Assembly (NCBI GenBank): GCA_964016885.1 | Contig: OZ024743.1 | Coordinates: forward strand, 51,088,001-51,152,000 | Length of the DNA stretch: 64,000 nt | From: Eledone cirrhosa | Lineage: Eukaryota | Reading direction: 5' to 3' | In this document: positions 42,701 through 59,226 of the stretch, piece after piece | Position numbering within the stretch: position 1 is the first letter of the stretch | How the letters are laid out: each line of letters begins with the position of its first letter | Notes under the pieces: generated by a model | What the model was told of the DNA's origin: nothing | Seen by the model: only the letters and a program-made list of their open reading frames with translations | The model's database searches: none | Translations under genes and position numbers: made by a program

Positions 42701-45700
42701 AATAAACCACCAGATGTAATAGTTACAATAGTGGTAATAAACCACCAGATGTAATAGTTACATTAGTGGTAATAAACCACCAGATGTAATAGTTACATTA
42801 GTGGTAATAAAACACCAGATGTAATAGTTACATTAGTGGTAATAAATGACCAGATGTAATAGTTACATTAGTGGTAATAAACCACCAGATGTAATAGTTA
42901 CATTAGTGGTAATAAACCATCAGATGTAATAGTTACATTAGTAGTAATAAACCATCAAATGTAATAGTTACATTAGCAGTAATAAACTATCAGATGTAAT
43001 AGTTACATTAGTAGTAATGAACTATCAGATGTAATAGTTACATTAATGGTAATAACCCATCAGATGTAATAGTTACATTAGTAGTAATAAACCATCAGAT
43101 GTAATAGTTACATTAGTGGTAATAAACCATCAGTTGTAACATTAGTAGTAATAAACCACCAGATGTAGTAGTTACGTTAGTGGTAATACACCATCAGATG
43201 TAATAGTTACATTAGTGGTAATAAACGACCAGATGTAGTAGTTACGTTAGTGGTAATACACCATCAGATATAATAGTTACATTAGTGGTAATAAACCATC
43301 AGATGTAATAGTTACATTAGTAGTAATAACCACCAGATGTAATTGTTACATTAGTGGTAATAACCCATCAGATGTAATAGTTACATTAGTAGTAATAAAC
43401 CATCAGATGTAATAGTTACATTAGTGGTAATAAACCATCAGATGTAATAGTTACACTAGTGGTAATAAACCATCAGATGTAATAGTTACACTAGTGGTAA
43501 TAAACCATCAGATGTAATAGATACATTAGTAGTAATAAACCATCACATGTAATAGTTACATTAGTAGTAATAAACCATCAGATGTAATAGTTACATTAGT
43601 AGTAATAAACCATTAGATGTAATAGTTACATTAGTGGTAATAAACCATCAGATGCAATAGTTACATTAGTGGTAATAAACCATCAGAAGTAATAGTTACA
43701 TTAGTAGTAATAAACCACCAGATGTAATAGTTACATTAGTAGTAATAAACCATCAGATGTAATAGTTACATTAGTGGTAATAAACCATCAGTTGTAACAT
43801 TAGTGGTAATAAACCATCAGATGTAGTAGTTACATTAGTGGTAATAAACCATCCGATGTAATAGTTACATTAGTGGTAATAAACCACCAGATGTAATAGT
43901 TACATTAGTGGTAATAAACCACGAGATGTAATAGTTACATCAGTGGTAATAAACCATCAGATGTAATAGTTACATTAGTGGTAATAAACCATTAGATGTA
44001 ATAGTTACATTAGTGGTAATAAACCATTAGATGTAATAGTTACATTAGTAGTAATAAACTATCAGATGTAATAGTTACATCAGTAGTAATAACCCATCAA
44101 ATGTAATAGTTACATTAGTAGTAATAAACCATCAAATGTAATAGTTACTTTAGTAGTAATAAACTATGAGATGTAATAGTTACATTAGTAGTAATAAACT
44201 ATCAGATGTAATAGTTACATTAGTGGTAATAAACCATCAGATGTAGTAGTTACATTAGTGGTAATAAACCACCAGATGCAATGGTTACATTAGTGATAAT
44301 AAACCATTAGATGCAATAGTTACATTAGTGGTAATAAACCATCAGAGGTAATAGTTACATTAGTGGTAATAAACCATCAGATGTAATAGTTACATTAGTG
44401 GTATTAAACCACCAGATGTAATAGTTACATTAGTGGTAATAAACCACCAGATGTAATAGTTACATTAGTGGTAATAAACTACTAGATGTAATAGTTACAT
44501 TAGTGGTAATAAACCACCAGATGTAATAGTTACATTAGTGGTAATAAACCATCAGAAGTAATAGTTACATTAGTAGTAATAAACCAACAGATGTAATAGT
44601 TACATTAGTAGTAATAAACCATCAGATGTAATAGTTACATTAGTGGTAATAAACCATCAGTTGTAACATTAGTGGTAATAAACCATCAGATGTAGTAGTT
44701 ACATTAGTGGTAATAAACCATCAGATGTAATAGTTACATTAGTGGTAATAAACCACCAGATGTGATAGTTACATTAGTGGTAATAAACCACCAGATGTAA
44801 TAGTTACATTAGTGGTAATAAACCACCAGATGTAATAGTTACATTAGTGGTAATAAACCACCAGATGTAATAGTTACATTAGTGGTAATAAACCACCAGA
44901 TGTAATAGTTACAATAGTGGTAATAAACCACCAGATGTAATAGTTACATTAGTGGTAATAAACCACCAGATGTAATAGTTACATTAGTGATAATAAACCA
45001 TCAGATGCAATAGTTACATTAGTGGTAATAAACCATTAGATGTAATAGTTACATTAGTAGTAATAAACCATTAGATGTAATAGTTACATTAGTAGTAATA
45101 AACCATCAGATGTAATAGTTACATTAGTAGTAATAAACCATCAGATGTAATAGTTATATTAGTAGTAATAAACCATCAAATGTAATAGTTACATTAGTAG
45201 TAATAAACTATCAGATGTAATAGTTACATTAGTAGTAATGAACTATCAGATGTAATAGTTACATTAGTGGTAATAACCCATCAGATGTAATAGTTACATT
45301 AGTAGTAATAAACTATCAGATGTAATAGTTACATTAGTGGTAATAAACCATCAGATGTAATAGTTACATTAGTAGTAATAAACCATCAGATGTAATAGTT
45401 ACATTAGTGGTAATAAACCATCAGTTGTAACATTAGTAGTAATAAACCACCAGATGTAGTAGTTACGTTAGTGGTAATACACCATCAGATGTAATAGTTA
45501 CATTAGTGGTAATAAACCATCAGATGTAACATTAGTGGTAATAAACGACCAGATGTAGTAGTTACGTTAGTGGTAATACACCATCAGATATAATAGTTAC
45601 ATTAGTGGTAATAAACCATCAGATGCAATAGTTACATTAGTGGTAATAAACCACCAGATGTAATAGTTACATTAGTGGTAATAAACCACCAGATGTAATA

Positions 45701-46117
45701 GTTACATTAGTGGTAATAAACCACCAGATGTAATAGTTACAATAGTGGTAATAAACCACCAGATGTAATAGTTACATTAGTGGTAATAAACCACCAGATG
45801 TAATAGTTACATTAGTGGTAATAAAACACCAGATGTAATAGTTACATTAGTGGTAATAAATGACCAGATGTAATAGTTACATTAGTGGTAATAAACCACC
45901 AGATGTAATAGTTACATTAGTGGTAATAAACCATCAGATGTAATAGTTACATTAGTAGTAATAAACCATCAAATGTAATAGTTACATTAGTAGTAATAAA
46001 CTATCAGATGTAATAGTTACATTAGTAGTAATAAACCATCAAATGTAATAGTTACATTAGTGGTAATAAACTATCAGATGTAATAGTTACATTAGTGATA
46101 ATAAACCACCAGATGTA

Positions 46118-47132
46118 GCGGGATCTCAGGAAGCTTAATTAAGAATGTAGGATTCACATGCAGCAGCTGTGCTGAGACAGCAAACAGCCACAGGAAACAA
46201 GTACCACCAATCTCTGGGAGGGCCCTGTAGAAACAGTTGACAGCTTCTGCTACCTAGGTGACCGAATTAGCAACGGAGGTGGGTGTTCAGAAAGTGCAAT
46301 AACTAGGGTAAGAACGGGATGGAAGAAGTTTAGGGAACTACTACCACTGCTAGCTGCAAAAAGCTTCTCGCTCAGTATGAAAGGCAGACTGTATGATGCG
46401 TGTATCCAAACAGCGATGTTGCATGGTAGCGAGACCTGGGCGCTGAAGGTGGAAGACTTACGTAGATTAGAGAGAAACGAAGCCTGCATGCTCCGATGGA
46501 TGTGTAACTATAATATACGTGAACGACAAAGCATAAATGAATTGAGAGAGAGACTGAGCATAAGAGGAATCAAATGCTGTGTGCAGGAGAGGCGGTTGTG
46601 CTGGTATGGACATGTGATGCGTATGAAGGATGATAGCTGCATAAAAAGGTGCAGAGCACTAGAAGTTGATGGAAACCGCGGAGTGGGGAGACCCAAGATG
46701 ACCTGGGATGAGGTGATAAAAGCCGACCTTACCCAATTACACCTCTCAAAGACAATGACACACGACCGTGACTTCTGGCGTCACGCAGTAATACAGAGTA
46801 CCCGACCTCCCATGGGTACAAGCTGAAGCATATAGACAATATGCCCCCACGCCCCCCACCGCAAGGTGGTCGTGGAGGTGCCACGGAAAAAAAGCACCCA
46901 TCCCACACTGTAAAGTGGACGTGTAGGCGCCACGGAAAAAAAGTACCCAGCAATTACTATAAATGAGGTTGGTGTTAGGAAGGGCATCCAGCTGTAGAAA
47001 CCAGGCCAAATCAGTTCCTGTATGAGCAAGGCATGGTCAGCCGACCAGACACTGCCCACATCAGGACAACCCGTCTAACCCATGCTAGCGTGGAAGAACG
47101 GACGTAAAACGGTGATGATGATGATGATGATG
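46118..47132 (+). mobile_element. 5'-truncated RTE LINE, copy 5
   Basis: Nearly identical to copies 3 and 4. Confidence 0.93.
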
Positions 47133-50100
47133 TAATAGTTACATTAGTGGTAATAAACCATCAGATGTAATAGTTACATTAGTAGTAATAAACTATCAGA
47201 TGTAATAGTTGCATTAGTGGTAATAAACCACCAGATGTAGTAGTTACATTAGTGGTAATAAACCACCAGATGTAGCAGTTACATTAGTGGTAATAAACCA
47301 CCAGATGTAATAGTTACATTAGTGATAATAAACCATCAGATGCAATAGTTACATTAGTGGTAATAAACCACTAGATGTAATAGTTACATTAGTGGTAATA
47401 AACCACCAGATGTAATAGTTACATTAGTGGTAATAAACCACCAGATGTAATAGTTACATTAGTGGTAATAAACTACCAGATGTAATAGTTACATTAGTGG
47501 TAATAAACCACCAGATGTAATAGTTACATTAGTGGTAATAAACCACCAGATGTAATGGTTACATTAGTGGTAATAAATGACCAGATGTAATAGTTACATT
47601 AGTGGTAATAAACCACCAGATGTAATAGTTACATTAGTGATAATAAACCATCAGATGCAATAGTTACATTAGTGGTAATAAACCACTAGATGTAATAGTT
47701 ACATTAGTGGTAATAAACCACTAGATGTAATAGTTACATTACTGGTAATAAACTACCAGATGTAATAGTTACATTAGTGGTAATAAACCACCAGATGTAA
47801 TAGTTACATTAGTGGTAATAAAACACCAGATGTAATAGTTACATTAGTGGTAATAAATGACCAGATGTAATAGTTACATTAGTGGTAATAAACCACCAGA
47901 TGTAATAGTTACATTAGTGGTAATAAACCATCAGATGTAATAGTTACATTAGTAGTAATAAACCATTAAATGTAATAGTTACATTAGTAGTAATAAACTA
48001 TCAGATGTAATAGTTACATTAGTAGTAATGAACTATCAGATGTAATAGTTACATTAATGGTAATAACCCATCAGATGTAATAGTTACATTAGTAGTAATA
48101 AACTATCAGATGTAATAGTTACATTAGTGGTAATAAACCATCAGATGTAATAGTTACATTAGTAGTAATAAACCATCAGATGTAATAGTTACATTAGTGG
48201 TAATAAACCATCAGTTGTAACATTAGTAGTAATAAACCACCAGATGTAGTAGTTACGTTAGTGGTAATACACCATCAGATGTAATAGTTACATTAGTGGT
48301 AATAAACCATCAGATGTAACATTAGTGGTAATAAACGACCAGATGTAGTAGTTACGTTAGTGGTAATACACCATCAGATATAATAGTTACATTAGTGGTA
48401 ATAAACCATCAGATGTAATAGTTACATTAGTAGTAATAACCACCAGATGTAATTGTTACATTAGTGGTAATAACCCATCAGATGTAATAGTTACATTAGT
48501 AGTAATAAACCATCAGATGTAATAGTTACATTAGTGGTAATAAACCATCAGATGTAATAGTTACACTAGTGGTAATAAACCATCAGATGTAATAGTTACA
48601 CTAGTGGTAATAAACCATCAGATGTAATAGATACATTAGTAGTAATAAACCATCACATGTAATAGTTACATTAGTAGTAATAAACCATCAGATGTAATAG
48701 TTACATTAGTAGTAATAAACCATTAGATGTAATAGTTACATTAGTGGTAATAAACCATCAGATGCAATAGTTACATTAGTGGTAATAAACCATCAGAAGT
48801 AATAGTTACATTAGTAGTAATAAACCACCAGATGTAATAGTTACATTAGTAGTAATAAACCATCAGATGTAATAGTTACATTAGTGGTAATAAACCATCA
48901 GTTGTAACATTAGTGGTAATAAACCATCAGATGTAGTAGTTACATTAGTGGTAATAAACCATCCGATGTAATAGTTACATTAGTGGTAATAAACCACCAG
49001 ATGTAATAGTTACATTAGTGGTAATAAACCACGAGATGTAATAGTTACATCAGTGGTAATAAACCATCAGATGTAATAGTTACATTAGTGGTAATAAACC
49101 ATTAGATGTAATAGTTACATTAGTGGTAATAAACCATTAGATGTAATAGTTACATTAGTAGTAATAAACTATCAGATGTAATAGTTACATCAGTAGTAAT
49201 AACCCATCAAATGTAATAGTTACGTTAGTAGTAATAAACCATCAAATATAATAGTTACTTTAGTAGTAATAAACTATGAGATGTAATAGTTACATTAGTA
49301 GTAATAAACTATTAGATGTAATAGTTACATTAGTGGTAATAAACCATCAGATGTAGTAGTTACATTAGTGGTAATAAACCATCAGATGTAATACATTAGT
49401 GGTAATAAACCACCAGATGTAATAGTTACATTAGTGGTAATAAACCACCAGATGTAATAGTTACATTAGTGGTAATAAACCACCAGATGTAATAGTTACA
49501 TTAGTGGTATTAAACCACCAGATGTAATAGTTACATTAGTGGTAATAAACCACCAGATGTAATAGTTACATTAGTGGTAATAAACTACTAGATGTAATAG
49601 TTACATTAGTGGTAATAAACCACCAGATGTAATAGTTACATTAGTGGTAATAAACCATCAGAAGTAATAGTTACATTAGTAGTAATAAACCAACAGATGT
49701 AATAGTTACATTAGTAGTAATAAACCATCAGATGTAATAGTTACATTAGTGGTAATAAACCATCAGTTGTAACATTAGTGGTAATAAACCATCAGATGTA
49801 GTAGTTACATTAGTGGTAATAAACCATCAGATGTAATAGTTACATTAGTGGTAATAAACCACCAGATGTAATAGTTACATTAGTGGTAATAAACCACCAG
49901 ATGTAATAGTTACATTAGTGGTAATAAACCACCAGATGTAATAGTTACATTAGTGGTAATAAACCACCAGATGTAATAGTTACATTAGTGGTAATAAACC
50001 ACCAGATGTAATAGTTACAATAGTGGTAATAAACCACCAGATGTAATAGTTACATTAGTGGTAATAAACCACCAGATGTAATAGTTACATTAGTGGTAAT

Positions 50101-53100
50101 AAAACACCAGATGTAATAGTTACATTAGTGGTAATAAATGACCAGATGTAATAGTTACATTAGTGGTAATAAACCACCAGATGTAATAGTTACATTAGTG
50201 GTAATAAACCATCAGATGTAATAGTTACATTAGTAGTAATAAACCATCAAATGTAATAGTTACATTAGTAGTAATAAACTATCAGATGTAATAGTTACAT
50301 TAGTAGTAATGAACTATCAGATGTAATAGTTACATTAATGGTAATAACCCATCAGATGTAATAGTTACATTAGTAGTAATAAACCATCAGATGTAATAGT
50401 TACATTAGTGGTAATAAACCATCAGTTGTAACATTAGTAGTAATAAACCACCAGATGTAGTAGTTACGTTAGTGGTAATACACCATCAGATGTAATAGTT
50501 ACATTAGTGGTAATAAACGACCAGATGTAGTAGTTACGTTAGTGGTAATACACCATCAGATATAATAGTTACATTAGTGGTAATAAACCATCAGATGTAA
50601 TAGTTACATTAGTAGTAATAACCACCAGATGTAATTGTTACATTAGTGGTAATAACCCATCAGATGTAATAGTTACATTAGTAGTAATAAACCATCAGAT
50701 GTAATAGTTACATTAGTGGTAATAAACCATCAGATGTAATAGTTACACTAGTGGTAATAAACCATCAGATGTAATAGTTACACTAGTGGTAATAAACCAT
50801 CAGATGTAATAGATACATTAGTAGTAATAAACCATCACATGTAATAGTTACATTAGTAGTAATAAACCATCAGATGTAATAGTTACATTAGTAGTAATAA
50901 ACCATTAGATGTAATAGTTACATTAGTGGTAATAAACCATCAGATGCAATAGTTACATTAGTGGTAATAAACCATCAGAAGTAATAGTTACATTAGTAGT
51001 AATAAACCACCAGATGTAATAGTTACATTAGTAGTAATAAACCATCAGATGTAATAGTTACATTAGTGGTAATAAACCATCAGTTGTAACATTAGTGGTA
51101 ATAAACCATCAGATGTAGTAGTTACATTAGTGGTAATAAACCATCCGATGTAATAGTTACATTAGTGGTAATAAACCACCAGATGTAATAGTTACATTAG
51201 TGGTAATAAACCACGAGATGTAATAGTTACATCAGTGGTAATAAACCATCAGATGTAATAGTTACATTAGTGGTAATAAACCATTAGATGTAATAGTTAC
51301 ATTAGTGGTAATAAACCATTAGATGTAATAGTTACATTAGTAGTAATAAACTATCAGATGTAATAGTTACATCAGTAGTAATAACCCATCAAATGTAATA
51401 GTTACATTAGTAGTAATAAACCATCAAATGTAATAGTTACTTTAGTAGTAATAAACTATGAGATGTAATAGTTACATTAGTAGTAATAAACTATCAGATG
51501 TAATAGTTACATTAGTGGTAATAAACCATCAGATGTAGTAGTTACATTAGTGGTAATAAACCACCAGATGCAATGGTTACATTAGTGATAATAAACCATT
51601 AGATGCAATAGTTACATTAGTGGTAATAAACCATCAGAGGTAATAGTTACATTAGTGGTAATAAACCATCAGATGTAATAGTTACATTAGTGGTATTAAA
51701 CCACCAGATGTAATAGTTACATTAGTGGTAATAAACCACCAGATGTAATAGTTACATTAGTGGTAATAAACTACTAGATGTAATAGTTACATTAGTGGTA
51801 ATAAACCACCAGATGTAATAGTTACATTAGTGGTAATAAACCATCAGAAGTAATAGTTACATTAGTAGTAATAAACCAACAGATGTAATAGTTACATTAG
51901 TAGTAATAAACCATCAGATGTAATAGTTACATTAGTGGTAATAAACCATCAGTTGTAATAGTTACATTAGTGGTAATAAACCACCAGATGTGATAGTTAC
52001 ATTAGTGGTAATAAACCACCAGATGTAATAGTTACATTAGTGGTAATAAACCACCAGATGTAATAGTTACATTAGTGGTAATAAACCACCAGATGTAATA
52101 GTTACATTAGTGGTAATAAACCACCAGATGTAATAGTTACAATAGTGGTAATAAACCACCAGATGTAATAGTTACATTAGTGGTAATAAACCACCAGATG
52201 TAATAGTTACATTAGTGATAATAAACCATCAGATGCAATAGTTACATTAGTGGTAATAAACCATTAGATGTAATAGTTACATTAGTAGTAATAAACCATT
52301 AGATGTAATAGTTACATTAGTAGTAATAAACCATCAGATGTAATAGTTACATTAGTAGTAATAAACCATCAGATGTAATAGTTATATTAGTAGTAATAAA
52401 CCATCAAATGTAATAGTTACATTAGTAGTAATAAACTATCAGATGTAATAGTTACATTAGTAGTAATGAACTATCAGATGTAATAGTTACATTAGTGGTA
52501 ATAACCCATCAGATGTAATAGTTACATTAGTAGTAATAAACTATCAGATGTAATAGTTACATTAGTGGTAATAAACCATCAGATGTAATAGTTACATTAG
52601 TAGTAATAAACCATCAGATGTAATAGTTACATTAGTGGTAATAAACCATCAGTTGTAACATTAGTAGTAATAAACCACCAGATGTAGTAGTTACGTTAGT
52701 GGTAATACACCATCAGATGTAATAGTTACATTAGTGGTAATAAACCATCAGATGTAACATTAGTGGTAATAAACGACCAGATGTAGTAGTTACGTTAGTG
52801 GTAATACACCATCAGATATAATAGTTACATTAGTGGTAATAAACCATCAGATGCAATAGTTACATTAGTGGTAATAAACCACCAGATGTAATAGTTACAT
52901 TAGTGGTAATAAACCATCAGAAGTAATAGTTACATTAGTAGTAATAAACCACCAGATGTAATAGTTACATTAGTAGTAATAAACCATCAGATGTAATAGT
53001 TACATTAGTGGTAATAAACCATTAGATGTAATAGTTACATTAGTGGTAATAAACCATCAGATGTAATAGTTACATTAGTAGTAATAAACTATCAGATGTA

Positions 53101-55945
53101 ACAGTTACATCAGTAGTAATAACCCATCAAATGTAATAGTTACATTAGTAGTAATAAACCATCAAATGTAATAGTTACATTAGTAGTAATAAACTATCAG
53201 ATGTAATAGTTACATTAGTAGTAATAAACTATCAGATGTAATAGTTACATTAGTGGTAATAAACCATCAGATGTAGTAGTTACATTAGTGGTAATAAACC
53301 ACCAGATGTAGTAGTTACATTAGTGGTAATAAACCACCAGATGTAGTAGTTACATTAGTGGTAATAAACCACCAGATGTAATGGTTACATTAGTGATAAT
53401 AAACCATTAGATGCAATAGTTACATTAGTGGTAATAAACCATCAGATGTAATAGTTACATTAGTGGTAATAAACCATCAGATGTAATAGTTACATTAGTG
53501 GTAATAAACCACCAGATGTAATAGTTACATTAGTGGTAATAAACCACCAGATGTAATAGTTACATTAGTGGTATTAAACCACCAGATGTAATAGTTACAT
53601 TAGTGGTAATAAACCACCAGATGTAATAGTTACATTAGTGGTAATAAACCACCAGATGTAATAGTTACATTAGTGGTAATAAACCACCAGATGTAATAGT
53701 TACATTAGTGGTAATAAACCACCAGATCTAATAGTTACATTAGTGGTAATAAACCACCAGATCTAATAGTTACATTAGTGGTAATAAACCACCAGATGTA
53801 ATAGTTACATTAGTGGTAATAAACCATCAGAAGTAATAGTTACATTAGTGGTAATAAACCATCAGATGTAATAGTTACACTAGTGGTAATAAACCATCAG
53901 ATGTAATAGTTACACTAGTGGTAATAAACCATCAGATGTAATAGATACATTAGTAGTAATAAACCATCACATGTAATAGCTACATTAGTAGTAATAAACC
54001 ATCAGATGTAATAGTTACATTAGTAGTAATAAACCATCAGATGCAATAGTTACATTAGTGGTAATAAACCACCAGATGTAATAGTTACATTAGTGGTAAT
54101 AAACCATCAGAAGTAATAGTTACATTAGTAGTAATAAACCACCAGATGTAATAGTTACATTAGTAGTAATAAACCATCAGATGTAATAGTTACATTAGTG
54201 GTAATAAACCATCAGTTGTAACATTAGTGGTAATAAACCATCAGATGTAGTAGTTACATTAGTGGTAATAAACCATCCAATGTAATAGTTACATTAGTGG
54301 TAATAAACCACCAGATGTAATAGTTATATTAGTGGTAATAAACCACCAGATGTAATAGTTACATCAGTGGTAATAAACCATCAGATGTAATAGTTACATT
54401 AGTGGTAATAAACCATTAGATGTAATAGTTACATTAGTGGTAATAAACCATCAGATGTAATAGTTACATTAGTGGTAATAAACCATTAGATGTAATAGTT
54501 ACATTAGTAGTAATAAACTATCAGATGTAATAGTTACATCAGTAGTAATAACCCATCAAATGTAATAGTTACATTAGTAGTAATAAACCATCAAATGTAA
54601 TAGTTACATTAGTGGTAATAAACCATCAGATGTAGTAGTTACATTAGTGGTAATAAACCACCAGATGTAGTAGTTACATTAGTGGTAATAAACCACCAGA
54701 TGTAGTAGTTACATTAGTGGTAATAAACCACCAGATGTAATAGTTACATTAGTGGTATTAAACCACCAGATGTAATAGTTACATTAGTGGTAATAAACCA
54801 CCAGATGTAATAGTTACATTAGTGGTAATAAACCACCAGATGTAATAGTTACATTAGTGGTAATAAACCACCAGATCTAATAGTTACATTAGTGGTAATA
54901 AACCACCAGATGTAATAGTTACATTAGTGGTAATAAACCATCAGAAGTAATAGTTACATTAGTAGTAATAAACCACCAGATGTAATAGTTACATTAGTAG
55001 TAATAAACCATCAGATGTAATAGTTACATTAGTGGTAATAAACCATCAGTTGTAACATTAGTGGTAATAAACCATCAGTTGTAACATTAGTGGTAATAAA
55101 CCATCAGATGTAGTAGTTACATTAGTGGTAATAAACCATCAGATGTAATAGTTACATTAGTGGTAATAAACCACCAGATGTAATAGTTACATTAGTGGTA
55201 ATAAACCACCAGATGTAATAGTTACATTAGTGGTAATAAACCACCAGATGTAATAGTTACAATAGTGGTAATAAACCACCAGATGTAATAGTTACATTAG
55301 TGGTAATAAACCACCAGATGTAATAGTTACATTAGTGATAATAAACCATCAGATGCAATAGTTACATTAGTAGTAATAAACCATTAGATGTAATAGTTAC
55401 ATTAGTAGTAATAAACCATCAGATGTAATAGTTACATTAGTAGTAATAAACCATTAGACGTAATAGTTACATTAGTGGTAATAAACCATTAGATGCAATA
55501 GTTACATTAGTGGTAATAAACCACCAGATGTAATAGTTACAATAGTGGTAATAAACCATCAGATGCAATAGTTACATTAGTGGTAATAAACCATCAGATG
55601 TAATAGTTACACTAGTGGTAATAAACCATCAGATGTAATAGTTACATTAGTAGTAATAAACCATCAGTTGAAACATTAGTGGTAATAAACCACCAGATGT
55701 AGTAGTTACATTAGTGGTAATAAACCACCAGATGTAATAGTTACAATAGTGGTAATAAACCATCAGATGCAATAGTTACATTAGTGGTAATAAACCATCA
55801 GATGTAATAGTTACACTAGTAGTAATAAACCCAGCCACTCCTAACTCGACCATCTTATTTGTCTACATATTTAGTATTTTTTTTAATGTAATTTTTTATG
55901 CTCCATATTTTTATCTCTTCTTTATCAAGTAAATCATTATTTTTT

Positions 55946-56350
55946 GTTTGTAAGAGATTTGTTAGTTGCTACTGTTGTTGTTTGTAAGAGAATTGTGAGT
56001 TGCTACTGCTGTTGCTGTTTGTAAGAGATTTGTGAGTTGCTACTGCTGTTGTTGCTTGTAAGAGATTTGTGAGTTGCTACTGCTGTTGTTGTTCTTTGTA
56101 AGAGATTTGTGAGTTGCTGTTGTTGTTGTTCTTTGTAAGAGATTTGTGAGTTGCTGTTGTTGTTGTTGGTGGTGGTGGTAAGAGATTTGTGAGTTGCTGC
56201 TGTTGTTGTTTGTAAGAGATTTGTGAGTTGCTACTGTTGTTGTTTGTAAGAGATTTGTGAGTTGCTACTGTTGTTGTTTGTAAGAGATTTGTGAGTTGCT
56301 ACTGCTGCTGTTGTTGTTTGTAAGAGATTTGTGAGTTGCTACTGTTGTTA
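55946..56350. repeat. Variable 33-40 bp minisatellite (TGTAAGAGATTTGTGAGTTGCTAC plus (TGT)n), about a dozen copies
   Basis: Direct inspection. Confidence 0.9.
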
Positions 56351-56671
56351 TTGCCAGATGAAACAAATTTACAGTTACTAAGTGTTACATATTTCTTTAT
56401 TCAGACAATTCCTTTAATATGAAACTATTAGTTACTAATTTCATACTCCCGTGGAATCTTTCACCTGTCAGGTGACATTAAGATAATATGTAAAGATATT
56501 TTACGACAAAGTCATTAGAACAGAACTTTTCTGTTAAGTAAGAGTTTGTTCCTCAACTGACTTGTTTTATGATCAGTTGAGAGAGAGAACATTTGGAAAA
56601 GAGGAAACCAAACCAACACCACAACAATTAAAATATGTTTTAGTTATAAACTAATCATCCAACCCTTGCTA

Positions 56672-58324
<1,653 letters not shown>

Positions 58325-58692
58325 AAAGTTTCTCTATGAAAAAGTAGACAGATTTTATAACATAGACATTGAATGTAACAATATTGAGCAAGACGAACAT
58401 ATGACTACTTTTCTATTTCATTTCAATGGTAACCACACCAACCACAGCTCAATGGTAATAGTGGCAGCTACCTGCTAGTACACTGGTTGCACATAGTGGG
58501 TAGCTGGAGGTGGTGCACTGACTGCACACAGTGGCTGCAAGCTGGTGGTGCACTGGTTGTACATAGTGGCTACTAGCTGTTAGTGCACTGCTTCCACACT
58601 GGCTGCTGGTGCCAGCACACTGACTGCTAGCTGGTGGTGGTGCTCAGAAAAACTGACAATAATAAACATTCTATCACATGTATAAAAGTTAC

Positions 58693-58962
58693 CTTTGCTT
58701 TCACAGCTGCTGCTGCAAGCGCTGCTGCTGCTGCTGTTATGACATTGCCCTTTTCTTTGGGGTCAAATGTTGTAGCTACTTTAGCTGCCACATCATTCTT
58801 GCTGTGAATGTCACCAGTAAGTCCATTGTTGGTGCCGCTTTTTTCATCTGCATCAGCTGTGTTTGGACATGCCTGCTGCTGTTTCGCAACACTACTGTCG
58901 ATCTTCTCAGCAGAATCTCCCGCCAATGCTGACCCAGGGCCACTTCTTTGTTGGTTCGACTC
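58693..58962 (-). CDS. SMARCC2: SMARCC exon ending GNVITAAAAALAAAAVKAK
   Basis: Hallmark AAAAALAAAAVKAK motif. 270 bp, cag/GTAAC, phase 0 to 0. Confidence 0.95.
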
Positions 58963-59086
58963 CTGAACAAAAGACAATCACATTTTGTGATTATAGTTTT
59001 AAAACGTTCATGAAACACATTATCATCTTATTATCACCATTTGAACAATGTTATTATAAAGCATCTAGTATAATTATTATAATAAT

Positions 59087-59226
59087 AAAGCATCCAGCCA
59101 TAGAAACCATGTCAAAATATAGAATGTATGAGGAAGATGGAGTTATCCAACCATGTTGTCTTAGATTGTCACAACTCGTCTAACCCACAACAGCATGGAA
59201 AGCAGACATAAAATTATGATGATGAT
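59087..59226 (+). mobile_element. Old RTE-related 3' tail fragment
   Basis: GCATCCAGCCATAGAAACC ... GTCTAACCCA ... AGCATGGAA ... (GAT)n, resembling the RTE 3' UTR. Confidence 0.55.

Larger units (their letters stand above)
22413..55831. repeat. 35-bp intronic satellite (GATGTAATAGTTACATTAGTGGTAATAAACCAYCA), roughly 800 units estimated from length, with higher-order structure
   Basis: Continuous tandem array interrupted only by five ~1 kb LINE fragments. A recurrent 28-bp deletion variant is present. Confidence 0.98.

Noticed and set aside
26193-47059. Repeated 149-aa + strand ORFs and - strand ORFs as a tandem gene family
   Set aside because: These are the RT C-terminal remnant of the LINE and its antisense shadows.
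26061-47132. Five independent insertions of a satellite-specific retrotransposon
   Set aside because: Identical truncation point, shared frameshift and co-duplicated flanking variants indicate one insertion. The family also occurs outside the satellite at 17463.
22413-55831. CRISPR-like array (35-bp palindromic repeats)
   Set aside because: Units are head-to-tail with no unique spacers, there are no cas genes, and the context is a eukaryotic intron.
22413-55831. Compensatory TAGT/ACTA variants as proof of selection on the satellite hairpin
   Set aside because: Uncompensated combinations (GTAGT with ACCAT, GTGGT with ACTAC) are also common, and shared descent of units can explain the association. 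It needs a formal count.
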